64,000 nt of DNA from IMG/VR virus record IMGVR_UViG_3300032242_000818, positions 1-64,000 of that record. One strand, written 5' to 3'. Source of the DNA: a virus. The position numbers and the translations under genes were made by a program. Positions 54,325 through 64,000 of this stretch are shown piece by piece; the first letter of the stretch is position 1, and every line of letters starts with the position of its first letter. A model generated the notes under the pieces. It worked only from the letters and a program-made list of their open reading frames with translations, was not told where the DNA came from and did not search any database.

Positions 54325-54648
54325 TTATTTAAAAAACTTATCTAATAAATTTATATGAGAGATTAGATATCCAACTGCAATTGCGCCACCAACAATCATC
54401 CATTTCCAGCGTTCAAGTAAATCTACACGATCTTTAATTGCATCAATTTTCTTTGACATTGCAACATGCTGTTCTTCATCGCTTCTAGCAAGGTCATCAA
54501 TCTTACGATCAATATGATCAGTAATCTCACGAGTAGTTGTTGTCACACGAGAGTGCAACTCTTTGATATCCTGCTTTACAGCAGCAACATCTTCTTTGAT
54601 GCCTTCTACTTGTGCTTCCATTTTGGCGATTCTCTCTGGCAATTCCAT
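54325..54648 (-). CDS. coiled-coil protein with C-terminal TM (XhlA/holin-like)
   Basis: ERIA..E heptads then LERWKWMIVGGA; adjacent to the spanins. Confidence 0.6.
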   Translation of the reverse strand: MELPERIAKMEAQVEGIKEDVAAVKQDIKELHSRVTTTTREITDHIDRKIDDLARSDEEQHVAMSKKIDAIKDRVDLLERWKWMIVGGAIAVGYLISHINLLDKFFK

Positions 54649-54652
54649 ACGA

Positions 54653-55243
54653 TTACTTGTTGTATATTGATTGTTGAGTTCTAATCCACTCTTGTAGAGA
54701 CTTTAATTGTTCTGCTACTTTATAGTAGGTTGTGTAGTTTTCTGTGACTGTTGTGGCAACGCCAGAGAGTTTAACTTCGGAGGTTCCTGCATCAACGCTT
54801 CTGGTGGAGTCGGGAACTTCATTGCGACTGGCACTGTCGTGGAGCACGACGAAACCATTAGGCACAGGACACTTAGCGTCAGCATCTTGGCTAATATACT
54901 TTGGAATTTCTTTGATGATTGCATCACCCTTCTCCTTAACAACTTCAACTTTAGTTATGTACTTCGTTACTACTTTCGTAGACGCTTCAGCAGATGCAGC
55001 ATCTTTTTTTGCCATTTCTAATTTGACTTCGGCAACTTTGGCTTCCCATTTCTCTTGATTGGAAATCCCGCCTTCCATATAAAAACCAAATATAATTAAA
55101 ACAACTCCAATTATATTTATTGGTATATTATATGTTCCAATAAAAGGGATTTGTCCAAAAGCAATTGCACCAACTGTTAATAGAATACCAACAATGGCAA
55201 TAATATGAAAAATAAAATCAGGAACAAAATTTAATAGAAACAT
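54653..55243 (-). CDS. i-spanin (Rz-like)
   Basis: N-terminal TMs, coiled coil, VVTKY, C.VP.GFV.LHD. Confidence 0.7.
   Translation of the reverse strand: MFLLNFVPDFIFHIIAIVGILLTVGAIAFGQIPFIGTYNIPINIIGVVLIIFGFYMEGGISNQEKWEAKVAEVKLEMAKKDAASAEASTKVVTKYITKVEVVKEKGDAIIKEIPKYISQDADAKCPVPNGFVVLHDSASRNEVPDSTRSVDAGTSEVKLSGVATTVTENYTTYYKVAEQLKSLQEWIRTQQSIYNK
54715..54924 (-). CDS. embedded o-spanin lipoprotein (Rz1-like)
   Basis: Alternate frame inside the i-spanin; AAGGAG RBS; lipobox VSSC followed by Pro-rich FPTPPEALMQEPPKL. Confidence 0.75.
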   Translation of the reverse strand: MQSSKKFQSILAKMLTLSVLCLMVSSCSTTVPVAMKFPTPPEALMQEPPKLNSLALPQQSQKTTQPTIK

Positions 55244-55782
55244 TATGTAATCTCTTTAACTGCCAGTGGTTTACGTCTTGCCATTCCAAAGATAGGTTTG
55301 TTCTTGCTCTTTGGATAAATCTTTGGCTCCTGTGTTGCAACTGGACCAGATGTATTATTAGTTGGAGCACCACCTACTGCACCAACACCCATTCCATCTT
55401 CTCGTAAGAAACGACCAACTAGAATTTCTTCTTCAACTAAATGGATATTTGTTTCCATTAGTTTTTTAAATCTTTCTTCTAACTGAGAAGTAGTTTTCGA
55501 ACCACTCTGATAATTTTCTCTGATTAACCAAATAGCAGCAGCCATACTCTTTAGTCTATTCTCACCACCAAATCTATTAATAAGTTTCTTAAGATTAAAT
55601 ACTAAACGATGTAGATAACTAAATGCGTTACGTTCCGCATCTGTGCTAAATTGGTTAGACTTTCTTAATACGTTGCCGTGCTGGTCTATAATACCAAGTT
55701 TAAATGCCTCGGTATCAGTAAAGTTAGTAACTAACATTCTAAGAACTTTAAATGCTATTACGTTGTCTATAACACGGCTCAT
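55243..55782 (-). CDS. conserved T4-like hypothetical protein
   Basis: AFKLGIID..G, RLVFNLKK. Confidence 0.75.
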   Translation of the reverse strand: MSRVIDNVIAFKVLRMLVTNFTDTEAFKLGIIDQHGNVLRKSNQFSTDAERNAFSYLHRLVFNLKKLINRFGGENRLKSMAAAIWLIRENYQSGSKTTSQLEERFKKLMETNIHLVEEEILVGRFLREDGMGVGAVGGAPTNNTSGPVATQEPKIYPKSKNKPIFGMARRKPLAVKEIT

Positions 55783-56159
55783 TAAATTTTCCTTAGTGTG
55801 GAGATAACTCTCTCATCTAAAACTGTTTCTGATAATATAATTCCATAATCTGTTATAACTTCTGGCATCCGATCAAGATATACTAAAAATGTTATAAGGA
55901 TATCCCAACATTCTTCATCTACTTTATAAAAAAGCATCTTGGTAGTTGCATCACCAAACAGATTATAAAGAACGATTATATGATTGAGTATTAGTCTTTC
56001 TTTTAAATCGCCATTGTTTTTATACCTAGAGATTAATTTCTTAAGATATAAAAACTTTTTTAAATCATCTTCGAATTCTGATAAACTATAACACTGCGTA
56101 TTATCGTAGTGATGCATTGCATAGATTAGAAAATTCGCTTCATTTAACTTTTCATTCAT
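55782..56159 (-). CDS. conserved T4-like hypothetical protein
   Basis: YDN.QC....EF.DDL, ERLILNHII.L.N.FG. Confidence 0.78.
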   Translation of the reverse strand: MNEKLNEANFLIYAMHHYDNTQCYSLSEFEDDLKKFLYLKKLISRYKNNGDLKERLILNHIIVLYNLFGDATTKMLFYKVDEECWDILITFLVYLDRMPEVITDYGIILSETVLDERVISTLRKI

Positions 56160-56180
56160 ACCACATCATATCTCTCAAAC

Positions 56181-56204
56181 GAATGGGGGAACAATTCCCC
56201 CATC
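56181..56204 (-). terminator. hairpin after structural gene
   Basis: ATGGGGGAA-TTG-TTCCCCCAT, weak U tract. Confidence 0.5.
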
Positions 56205-56219
56205 ATACATAACTACTTA

Positions 56220-57029
56220 TTAAGCGTAAACTAGAGTTGCAGCTGTAGAAGTTACAGTTGTGTAGCCAGTTGCGCTAACTTGACAACGGAACTGATAGTT
56301 GTTGTAAGTTGCTTTAACAGCAGAAGTTAGAGTCAATGTAGCAGTTGTGTTACCTGAGTAGACACCACCTGATGCGTTAGCCCAAGTAGATCCGCTATTT
56401 GTAGAAACTTGCCAGTTGTAAGATAGAGACGCTGTTGGAGACGCAGTTGCGGCAACAGTGAATGTACCAGTGTAAGTAGCTGCAGCACCAGATACGTTAG
56501 CAGGGTTAGTACCGATAGTGATAGTACCATCTGGTAGGATTGAGTCATCGGCTTGGTCGCCAGTAATAGAATTATTAGCAACTAGAACTTCAGATTTGTT
56601 ACGTACGTTACCTTGAGCATCAGTATAGCTGTGGTAGCGAACCCAACCAGCATGAGCAATACCTTTTGCTTTGGCTTCAGTTTGTGCTTCTTCAGTAGAG
56701 TCAACACCGTAAATCTTGCTTGAGTTACCCATGATAGAAATACTATCAGTAGATCCGTGAGCAACGTATACTGGTTTCTCAGATAAAGTATATGATTGAG
56801 CAGAACAAGTAGTAACTGCTCCGTTACCATTGTTAGTACCCATAATTACTTTAGCAACAGTATTGCTAGTAATAGATACGATTTGATATTCTACGCTATT
56901 TGCTTTGATAGTATTACCGATTGCAGCTTCTGTAGTGAACAGAGTGCTAGAACCAGTAACTACGCCTGCAGCATCGATGCTAACTGTACCAGTAGCAGAC
57001 TTGCTGTCTTTGTTTCCCCATAGTGCCAT
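56220..57029 (-). CDS. virion structural protein with C-terminal Ig-like domain (Hoc/fibre-like)
   Basis: MALWG start, H.GWV, R.K.EVLVA; LSYNWQ, TLTL, YQFRC.VS Ig motifs; late promoter. Confidence 0.72.
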   Translation of the reverse strand: MALWGNKDSKSATGTVSIDAAGVVTGSSTLFTTEAAIGNTIKANSVEYQIVSITSNTVAKVIMGTNNGNGAVTTCSAQSYTLSEKPVYVAHGSTDSISIMGNSSKIYGVDSTEEAQTEAKAKGIAHAGWVRYHSYTDAQGNVRNKSEVLVANNSITGDQADDSILPDGTITIGTNPANVSGAAATYTGTFTVAATASPTASLSYNWQVSTNSGSTWANASGGVYSGNTTATLTLTSAVKATYNNYQFRCQVSATGYTTVTSTAATLVYA

Positions 57030-57056
57030 TTTGATTCTCCTTGAATTTGGACTTGT

Positions 57057-60000
57057 TTATTTATAAGTTGCGCCAGCTGACTTCAGCTTGGACATAGTTG
57101 CACGTGGTTTATATACGCCAGCACCTGCACCAGCCTTACGACCTGCTTTTTCTGGTTTCTTCATGTCTTTCTTAGTCTCAAATGCGCCTTCTGGATCCTC
57201 ATAATCAGCTCCATAAGATTTACCTTTGATCATACGTGAAGGAACATCTGCCATTTTAATTTCATCAATTTGAAGTTCTTCATTCATTGATTTACACTGG
57301 CTTTTAACCTTAGCATCGCCATGATAAGCATGAACTACTTTATGACCATTCTTAGTTTGTTTAACAGAATAGTTGCCATCATTATGTTTTTGTTTTAATG
57401 CAGAAGCAACAGCCTTTGCCTTATCAGCATCTGCATAAGTAGACTCATCTAATTCTTCAGTTTCTTCTTTGAGTTTACCTTCACGCTTTTCTGCTTTTAA
57501 TTCTGCAGCAAGAAGCCATGCTGGTTTCTTTTTAGAAGCCTCACTTAATGATTGTAAAAAGTCTTTATATGATTTCATAGTTCCCTCTTTAATTTTTGGT
57601 TTTGCCCAACCCTCTTCAGTGTCAGAAGCAACACCATTGGGATGTAATTTAATTACTGCAGTTTTAGTTGTAATCTTTTGTGGTTTTCCAACTGGAGTAG
57701 TTTCTTCTTTAACAGCTGGTTTTGGATCATTCATTTCTGGACGATAGTATTTCATAAACTTTTTAAAGTCTGACTTAATATGGTCATGATCTTCTTCACG
57801 TCCAGCAAGTTTTTCACCATGCCCTGAATCTAGATAATGTTTAACTGTCTTATCATCACCATCAGTTAAATTCTTAACATGCTTATGCATTTCTTCATAC
57901 TTCTCATCAGCAGTACCGCATGCGCCATGATAACCTTTACCTGGATTGCCAGTCATGGATTCATTACGTAAAGCACGACCAATTGCTTTGTTCTTTTCTT
58001 GAGCAGTTTTATGGTCTGTGTCAGGGACTGGATTATTTAATTTAAATTTTGCACCACGAATTGTATCCAACATATTCTTCATAGTCTTATTACGACGTGC
58101 TTGATCAGATTTCTCGTCAAGAACTTCTTCATTAGTTGGGTGACCATTGATTGGTTTGCTTGCAGCCTTTGCTGCTTTGTTCTCTGGTGTACCTTTGATA
58201 TATTTACGAGCAATAGTTGGTGCTACTGGAGTTGGATCAGGTACATGGTACTCATCATCTTCTCTTTCTCTTTTACCAAATCCGCCACCACCATAAGCAT
58301 GACCATGGCTTCTACCAGAGTAACTTCTATAACCTTCTTTAACTTCAGCCTCAGAGTATAAGTAATCAGCTGCAGTTTGAATATAATCAGTGGCAAGAGT
58401 AATCTTAGATTGTACCCATTCTGGCAAATCAGTATCTGGCTTTAAACAATCTTCAATCATTTCAGCACAACGAACTAATGTCTTCAATTGATTCATTGCC
58501 ATATCACCTTCGTAGCCATATTCTCTTTTGTCTTTTGTTTCGTCTAACTCAACTTCTTCTGACCATTCTCTTCTTTTTCTCATAAACTCAGAGCGACCAC
58601 GCCCAACAGTACCACCGATTCTATCTGTTTTCTTTGCTGCAGTTTGCGCATTGTCGAAATGGCGTTCTTCGCTATCCATGTCACCCTTTGCATTAGCATT
58701 GGCTGCTTTCTTCATATGCTTAAATACTTCGTCACCATGAACTTTTTTGACTACCTTTTCAGTTGACTTAGTATCGTTACCGTTAACATGAGCATTTGCA
58801 AATTTATTATAAAGAGTTCTGACTGTTAAATCACCTTCTTCTAACTCAATTTCTTCTTTAACTGGTTTCTGTTTATTAACTTGATCCATTGCACGTTGAG
58901 CCAATGAACGAGCAGAATCCATTCCAGTACGATTTGGATTAGATGGTTTTTTAAACGATGAAGTATATGGACCATCGAAAGGAACATCAGTTTTAGAAGA
59001 ACCACCACCTATTTCGTCACCCTTACGACGATAAGCAGATGCTGGTTTTTCGTAGTATCCTTCTTTAACTGGCTGATTCATATTCATTTGTTTATCATTC
59101 TCTCCACTAAAGAATTTAAATCCTTTGATCTTTTTGCCCATAGTAGTATCCTTTGCCGTTGATGCTGATGGAGCAGATGTTGATGTTTCAATTTGATCAG
59201 TACCATTTGTTTGAATAGTACCTTCTTTTATTTGACCATGTTTCTTTAAATCATTGTCAAATTGTTTATTAGTTGCTTTGTTAATGCCTTTGAAACGCTT
59301 ATCGCCTTTTGCATAGTTACCAGAAGCATCAGCTGTTTTGGCAGATGCATGGGCTGCAGTTTTATATTTACCTAGTAGATCAGTTGATAGTTCATCAATC
59401 TGAACTTCTTCTTTTGCCATTACTTTTTTCTTAATTGAACCAGCAATTCTTCCTGCTGCTTCTTTACCATACTTTGGTGTAAGTTTCTTTACTAATGGTT
59501 TAAAACCAGTTGTTGCATTATTGTGTTTACCGATATCTTCTTCAGAAACAACTTCTTCTTTCATACCATTTGCTTTGGCAGCCATGTAAGCACCAATAGC
59601 CATACGACGACGTTCTGCTTTAGACTTGTTATTGAAGCGTGGATGAGTTGACTTAATAAAGTCATTAATGTAAGCACCTGCGCCCATATCTGGACGTAGA
59701 ACTTCTTGAACTTGTACCATTGCTTCTTTTTCTTTTTTATCTAAACCAAGTTCAGTGTCTTTCTTTGGACCATTTGCTTTAGTCATTTGATCTTTGAAAC
59801 GCTTTAATTGCGCTGCGCGATCATCTTGTTGTTCTTTAGTTTCTTCTTTAAGACTCATACCTTTACGCACGTCATTATACATTGCGTCCTTATGTTTGGT
59901 TGACATTGTTGATGGAGCACCTTTGTGGAATTCTGCTTTGTTACCAGAAGCAGCATGTTCGCGCATTTTACTTCCAGAAATACCAGAAGTACCTTCAGAA

Positions 60001-60482
60001 TCTGGATCGCGTTCACCAGAAGAGTGCATGGTGATAGATTTAAAATTATAGTGTCCATGAGCCCCATGCTGACCATTATACTTATGAAGTAAATCATGCA
60101 TGGCTTGGTGACGATCAGAACCAGCAACTACGTGTAGGTGGTTAACGCCAGCAGCATGGGCTTGTGCCGCATGATGAAGGATAGTAGGATGTTCTTTGCT
60201 TGCTGCAGTTATGTTAGTTCCAGAAAATGCGTTTCTGGCGTGAGTAACTTTCTGTTCAGGACTTAATGGATTCTTTTTAGGATCATGACTATGAGAAAGA
60301 ATAACTGCATGGTCAGCTCCATGTTCTTTAGCAACAGAACGAACTTTATTTACTACTTGTTCATGTCCAACAGTTGGAGGATTCATGCGACCAAATGCAA
60401 TTACTTTAGATTTAAGAGAAACAGATTTATCTGTCTTTTCTTTCCCACCCAATTCTTCTTGTAGTTTTTTATATATTAACAT
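57057..60482 (-). CDS. cytidylyltransferase-like domain + long low-complexity internal head polyprotein
   Basis: FGRMNPPT.GH, KNPL, V.GSDR, SGSKMR; many (V/I/L/M)KE(E) motifs. Confidence 0.75.
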   Translation of the reverse strand: MLIYKKLQEELGGKEKTDKSVSLKSKVIAFGRMNPPTVGHEQVVNKVRSVAKEHGADHAVILSHSHDPKKNPLSPEQKVTHARNAFSGTNITAASKEHPTILHHAAQAHAAGVNHLHVVAGSDRHQAMHDLLHKYNGQHGAHGHYNFKSITMHSSGERDPDSEGTSGISGSKMREHAASGNKAEFHKGAPSTMSTKHKDAMYNDVRKGMSLKEETKEQQDDRAAQLKRFKDQMTKANGPKKDTELGLDKKEKEAMVQVQEVLRPDMGAGAYINDFIKSTHPRFNNKSKAERRRMAIGAYMAAKANGMKEEVVSEEDIGKHNNATTGFKPLVKKLTPKYGKEAAGRIAGSIKKKVMAKEEVQIDELSTDLLGKYKTAAHASAKTADASGNYAKGDKRFKGINKATNKQFDNDLKKHGQIKEGTIQTNGTDQIETSTSAPSASTAKDTTMGKKIKGFKFFSGENDKQMNMNQPVKEGYYEKPASAYRRKGDEIGGGSSKTDVPFDGPYTSSFKKPSNPNRTGMDSARSLAQRAMDQVNKQKPVKEEIELEEGDLTVRTLYNKFANAHVNGNDTKSTEKVVKKVHGDEVFKHMKKAANANAKGDMDSEERHFDNAQTAAKKTDRIGGTVGRGRSEFMRKRREWSEEVELDETKDKREYGYEGDMAMNQLKTLVRCAEMIEDCLKPDTDLPEWVQSKITLATDYIQTAADYLYSEAEVKEGYRSYSGRSHGHAYGGGGFGKREREDDEYHVPDPTPVAPTIARKYIKGTPENKAAKAASKPINGHPTNEEVLDEKSDQARRNKTMKNMLDTIRGAKFKLNNPVPDTDHKTAQEKNKAIGRALRNESMTGNPGKGYHGACGTADEKYEEMHKHVKNLTDGDDKTVKHYLDSGHGEKLAGREEDHDHIKSDFKKFMKYYRPEMNDPKPAVKEETTPVGKPQKITTKTAVIKLHPNGVASDTEEGWAKPKIKEGTMKSYKDFLQSLSEASKKKPAWLLAAELKAEKREGKLKEETEELDESTYADADKAKAVASALKQKHNDGNYSVKQTKNGHKVVHAYHGDAKVKSQCKSMNEELQIDEIKMADVPSRMIKGKSYGADYEDPEGAFETKKDMKKPEKAGRKAGAGAGVYKPRATMSKLKSAGATYK
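57058..57065 (-). promoter_or_regulatory. T4 late promoter TATAAATA
   Basis: Exact match 29 nt upstream of the structural gene. Confidence 0.75.
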
Positions 60483-60483
60483 A

Positions 60484-60903
60484 TTAGCAATTCCATTTTC
60501 TTAGAGCAAGTGCTTTACGAGTTGGTTCACCATTAGGTTTCTTCATTGGACCGTCAACACCACTCATACGTGCACAGAAAGACTTACGACGATTTGCTGC
60601 TTTGCTACCAGCCTTTAACTTTGAAGGTGGAGTTGTTACTGGTGCTTTTAGATGACCGCCCTGAGCATTATAATGATCGCGTCCTTTTTGAGTCAGACCA
60701 CCAGTAGATGATTTGTAACCCTTGGCATCAACTGCAGCTTCGTTGGTTTGAGAAGCCTTTAATGCAGCAGCAGTTGGAGCACCTTTGCTTCCTGGTTTGC
60801 GCATGTGTTCACCAGAACCATTCTTGATTCTTTCTTGTTTAGCGTGAATGTTATCCCACAATCCACGTTTACCTTCTTCGAGGTATTCTTTAAATGAGAT
60901 CAT
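60484..60903 (-). CDS. basic internal head protein
   Basis: MISFKEYLEE capsid-targeting-like start; RRKSFCARM, ALRKWNC. Confidence 0.72.
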   Translation of the reverse strand: MISFKEYLEEGKRGLWDNIHAKQERIKNGSGEHMRKPGSKGAPTAAALKASQTNEAAVDAKGYKSSTGGLTQKGRDHYNAQGGHLKAPVTTPPSKLKAGSKAANRRKSFCARMSGVDGPMKKPNGEPTRKALALRKWNC

Positions 60904-62114
60904 TTTTTATAAACCTTTAACAAGTTTGCTTTACTAAACTCTTTACGATTAACTAATTTAGTTGGTTGTTCTTTACCATTGTGTTCATGATTAACAACAA
61001 ATCCTTCTGGATCTGTTTTGTTATCGCCAATGTGATGCTCAAGACCACCAGTATGAGTATTTAAATGTTTCACTAAAACATTCTTGGCAGCAGCCAAATG
61101 ACTGTGCATGTTCAATAGATTATCGTAATGTGACTTATTCTTTTCGATATGCGCTACTTGCGCAGCACCTTCGCTAGTATGTTTTGCTTTTGCTGCATCA
61201 GACTTAACACTAGCTGCTTTCTTTTCATAGTGAGCAGTAACATGTCCTTGCAAACCTTTTGCAGTTGGAACTGAATCTGTTTTAACTGTATGATTAATAT
61301 AAGAAGCCAAGTGTCCAGTATCACCACTATGCGCTGGGTGAACCGCATCATACATTTTATGACCATGAGTATCATGAATATCTTTTGCAGCATTCATATG
61401 CTTATGGAATTCGTCTTGGGCTTCTTTTGGATAATTTACTTTAGAAGTGTCATGATTAGCAGTCTTAAGGTGAACATCTTTATGTTCACCAAAGTTATGA
61501 GTATCTGGATGCGGAGTAACATGCATTGATTCTAAAGACTTAGGATCTGCACCTTCACCATGCTCATATTTTTGGTGAACAGCTACACCAATCTTTGAGC
61601 CAGATGCTTTCTTTGCTTCATCGCCATGAGCAGTATAAGAGATTGTATTTGGAGTAAACTTAGCAGAACCTGATTTCTTATCAGTCTTGACATCACCTTC
61701 TGAGTGCATAATGTCGCCTTGGTAAACGCCAGTCTTTGGAGTTACTTTTGGTAGATGTTTTAATGCTGCTTTTAATTTAACTGCTAATCCAGGAGCATGA
61801 CCATGGTTCTTATCAATGTCAGCTTCTGTGTGATTAATCTTTGGATCTTTATTGAAAGCACCTTTTGTGCCAACAAAGAACTTACCATTCTTAGGATGAT
61901 GACCGAAAACAACTGAAGGAGAACCATCATACTTCATTGTTAGTTTACTATTGTTTGCGCCAGCAACAGTATGATTATGGGCTTGCATTAGTGCGCCATG
62001 AGCATGCTCGAAACCTTCATGTCCATGCATCAATGGACGATCTTCAGCATGAGTAATATGCTTTAGTTTTTCGCCTTCAGCTTCTTCTTTTAAAAATGTT
62101 TGAAACGATTTCAT
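60900..62114 (-). CDS. His-rich conserved T4-like protein (ligase/nucleotidyltransferase-like KxDG)
   Basis: MKSFQTFLKEE start; H..H.ED, KYDGSP, FFVGTK, QGD.M, EGFV, KLV.R.EFS.AN. Confidence 0.7.
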   Translation of the reverse strand: MKSFQTFLKEEAEGEKLKHITHAEDRPLMHGHEGFEHAHGALMQAHNHTVAGANNSKLTMKYDGSPSVVFGHHPKNGKFFVGTKGAFNKDPKINHTEADIDKNHGHAPGLAVKLKAALKHLPKVTPKTGVYQGDIMHSEGDVKTDKKSGSAKFTPNTISYTAHGDEAKKASGSKIGVAVHQKYEHGEGADPKSLESMHVTPHPDTHNFGEHKDVHLKTANHDTSKVNYPKEAQDEFHKHMNAAKDIHDTHGHKMYDAVHPAHSGDTGHLASYINHTVKTDSVPTAKGLQGHVTAHYEKKAASVKSDAAKAKHTSEGAAQVAHIEKNKSHYDNLLNMHSHLAAAKNVLVKHLNTHTGGLEHHIGDNKTDPEGFVVNHEHNGKEQPTKLVNRKEFSKANLLKVYKK

Positions 62115-62116
62115 AC

Positions 62117-62563
62117 TTACCCTATTTTCTTTGCAGAAGCACGTAAGAACCAACCATGCTTCTGATGCGTATCTATTCTATCAGCAATAAAATTGCAAAT
62201 ACCTTGTTGTTTATTCGCATTTGCAATAGTGAACACTTTATTTAGGCTGGCAAGGACTTCGTCGTTTGCCTGTATCAAACTCGCTAGAATATCAGAAAGA
62301 AGGATAACTCTAGTTGTTTCTTCTTCTAATGTTTTATATGTGTAAAGTTCATCAATACTAACTGGAGCATACTCATCTAACTTACGTAGTAGTTCAGCAG
62401 TTGGATCTACAGAGTTATAAACATCAGTATATATTTCTTCAAAGAATGTATGATACTGAGTAAATTCAATACCTTCTACGTTCCAATGAAACTGGTGTGT
62501 CTTATAATACATTACTGTTGCATTAGCCAGTAATACTTTAATTGCTGTTTTTAACTCATCCAT
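62117..62563 (-). CDS. dps: Dps ferritin-like DNA protection protein
   Basis: H.FHWNVEG..F..YH.FF.E.Y, D..AE..R, H.KH.W.LR. Confidence 0.92.
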   Translation of the reverse strand: MDELKTAIKVLLANATVMYYKTHQFHWNVEGIEFTQYHTFFEEIYTDVYNSVDPTAELLRKLDEYAPVSIDELYTYKTLEEETTRVILLSDILASLIQANDEVLASLNKVFTIANANKQQGICNFIADRIDTHQKHGWFLRASAKKIG

Positions 62564-62565
62564 TA

Positions 62566-63450
62566 TTATATTCCAGGTGTAACTGTAGTGTTTGACATAG
62601 GGTCAGAAGTCTTAGAAGTAAAGTCCTGTGGACATTCTCCAGTATGTTGCATATTACAAACAGGGCAATAGTTCTTAACAGTAGATTTAAAAGACTTCAA
62701 TTTTTTCTTTTCTACTTTCTTCTCTACTAATTTTACATTTTGAAGCCACTTGCTAACTAACTTGCCAGTAGATTCTTTTAATAAAAGGTGATTAGATCCA
62801 CGCTTAACAATTTCATATTGTTCGCCATCGGACTCTACTTGCTCACCAACATTAAAGATTTCACCACGGAAATACTGTTCGCGTAGTTCGTCTTTAACTA
62901 ATTTAATTTCTTCTTTGATTGGTTCAAGTCCTGAACCAATTCTGATATCATTCATCAATCTACGAGAATCAATGTCGCGAATCGATGATGGTAAATTATT
63001 TTTAAAATCTTCGTATAATCCCTTTACAGCATAACTACGAGTAGCGTCTTCGCTGTCAGGATCTTTTGCAAAAGCTGAAATAACAGTGGCTTCTTTCAAA
63101 GATCTCTTTAATGGGACAACTTTATCCGCACTTGTTACAACTATAACATTACGGTATGTTTCTTTTAATTTAGAAACTACTTCACTTAGGTTATCTGAGT
63201 AAGTAGAGAAAGTAATGTTCGGAAACAACAGATTCAAATACTGTAACTTCTTTTCTACTATTAGAGGATTCTTTTTAGCGTCGCTGATATCGGACGCATA
63301 GATGGCGTAACTAGCATTCTTCTGCTCAGCTACAGATTTGACAGCCTTGATTAAGAGTTCATGTCCGATCGTCGGAGGGTTGAACTTTGAACAGGCTAGA
63401 ACTATCGTTTTACTCGGTAGTTCTCTAATTAATTGTCTATAATCTTTCAT
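62566..63450 (-). CDS. second cytidylyltransferase-like protein
   Basis: FNPPTIGH, KNPL, LRE.Y..G.IF.VG; C-terminal CPVC...H...C. Confidence 0.72.
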   Translation of the reverse strand: MKDYRQLIRELPSKTIVLACSKFNPPTIGHELLIKAVKSVAEQKNASYAIYASDISDAKKNPLIVEKKLQYLNLLFPNITFSTYSDNLSEVVSKLKETYRNVIVVTSADKVVPLKRSLKEATVISAFAKDPDSEDATRSYAVKGLYEDFKNNLPSSIRDIDSRRLMNDIRIGSGLEPIKEEIKLVKDELREQYFRGEIFNVGEQVESDGEQYEIVKRGSNHLLLKESTGKLVSKWLQNVKLVEKKVEKKKLKSFKSTVKNYCPVCNMQHTGECPQDFTSKTSDPMSNTTVTPGI

Positions 63451-63481
63451 TTAATCCATCAATTTAATAGTGTTATATGGT

Positions 63482-63489
63482 TATTTATA
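63482..63489 (-). promoter_or_regulatory. T4 late promoter TATAAATA
   Basis: Exact match 32 nt upstream of 63450. Confidence 0.75.
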
Positions 63490-63496
63490 AGAGGTA

Positions 63497-64000
63497 TTAT
63501 TTCATTGAGAACTTAATACCAGTATTATCCGAGTCTTTGGCGTTCGCTCCATAGGCAAACTTAAAGGTAGCATTAGAGAATAATTTCTTTTCGAAGCCCA
63601 TAGACTCTCCAGGGAATGTTAGATATACCTGTTCTGTCTTCATTTCTCTACTAATATTATTTAAGATCTCCTGATAAATCGGAGTCTTGTTCATATAATC
63701 AACAAGGGCATAGCCCATTGGAGCCAATACTAGAGAATAGTATTTCTTATAAGTTGGGGTGCTAAAAACAACTTTTAAAGAATCATCGGAAGCATTCTTA
63801 CCCAGCGTATCATACACATCTTTAAATTCTGCATTAAAAGATTTCATTCTATTCTCTGCTTTTTTAGAAGCGTCGGCAATCTTTTGAATTTTAGCTGAGA
63901 CATGTTCAATAGTAAAATCTGCTTTTGCTCCAATAGCACTCTTTAGTTTAGTATATGCTGGTAGGTTTAGAGTTTTATATGCAGCAAGAATTTTAGTAGA
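63497..64000 (-). CDS. hypothetical protein, 5'-truncated by the window edge
   Basis: Frame stays open from 64000 to the stop at 63497. Confidence 0.65.
   Translation of the reverse strand, partial: STKILAAYKTLNLPAYTKLKSAIGAKADFTIEHVSAKIQKIADASKKAENRMKSFNAEFKDVYDTLGKNASDDSLKVVFSTPTYKKYYSLVLAPMGYALVDYMNKTPIYQEILNNISREMKTEQVYLTFPGESMGFEKKLFSNATFKFAYGANAKDSDNTGIKFSMK

Noticed and set aside
54653-54790. Programmed frameshift joining the o-spanin to the i-spanin C-terminus
   Set aside because: No slippery site evident; both frames are complete as an ordinary embedded pair.

Overview
This is a 64 kb segment of a large T4-like phage genome (Tevenvirinae/Kyanoviridae-like gene content), with essentially all genes on the minus strand. 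A Bug/TctC protein, an ErpA-type A carrier, the ANDAQFALAA tmRNA tag and the boxA sequence suggest a betaproteobacterial host (inference). In transcription order (right to left) it carries: capsid-targeted internal proteins and Dps; lysis genes; primase, thyX and nrdAB; a membrane/secreted protein cluster; iscU/erpA; RNase H; dCMP deaminase; a 27-tRNA set covering all 20 amino acids, with several unexplained structured RNAs inside it; about 17 2OG-Fe(II)-type oxygenases; an early small-gene region with sigma70-like promoters; PhoH, a GH19 endolysin and an exonuclease; two ferritin-like paralogs; an amidotransferase/Bug cluster; and a circularly permuted two-piece tmRNA. The most striking signal is not in the ORF track. 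The tRNA array is preceded by a leaderless 40-codon ORF (30132-30254) that contains all 20 amino acids within 26 consecutive codons and samples codons for nearly every tRNA in the array. Its 3' end overlaps an antiterminator helix that is mutually exclusive with an intrinsic terminator, and an rrn-type boxA follows. This looks like a ribosome-mediated attenuator that senses loss of any tRNA or amino acid and switches on the phage tRNA operon. A 42-aa ArfA-like ORF and the tmRNA extend this translation-rescue theme. All protein calls come from motif recognition by eye; no searches were run.
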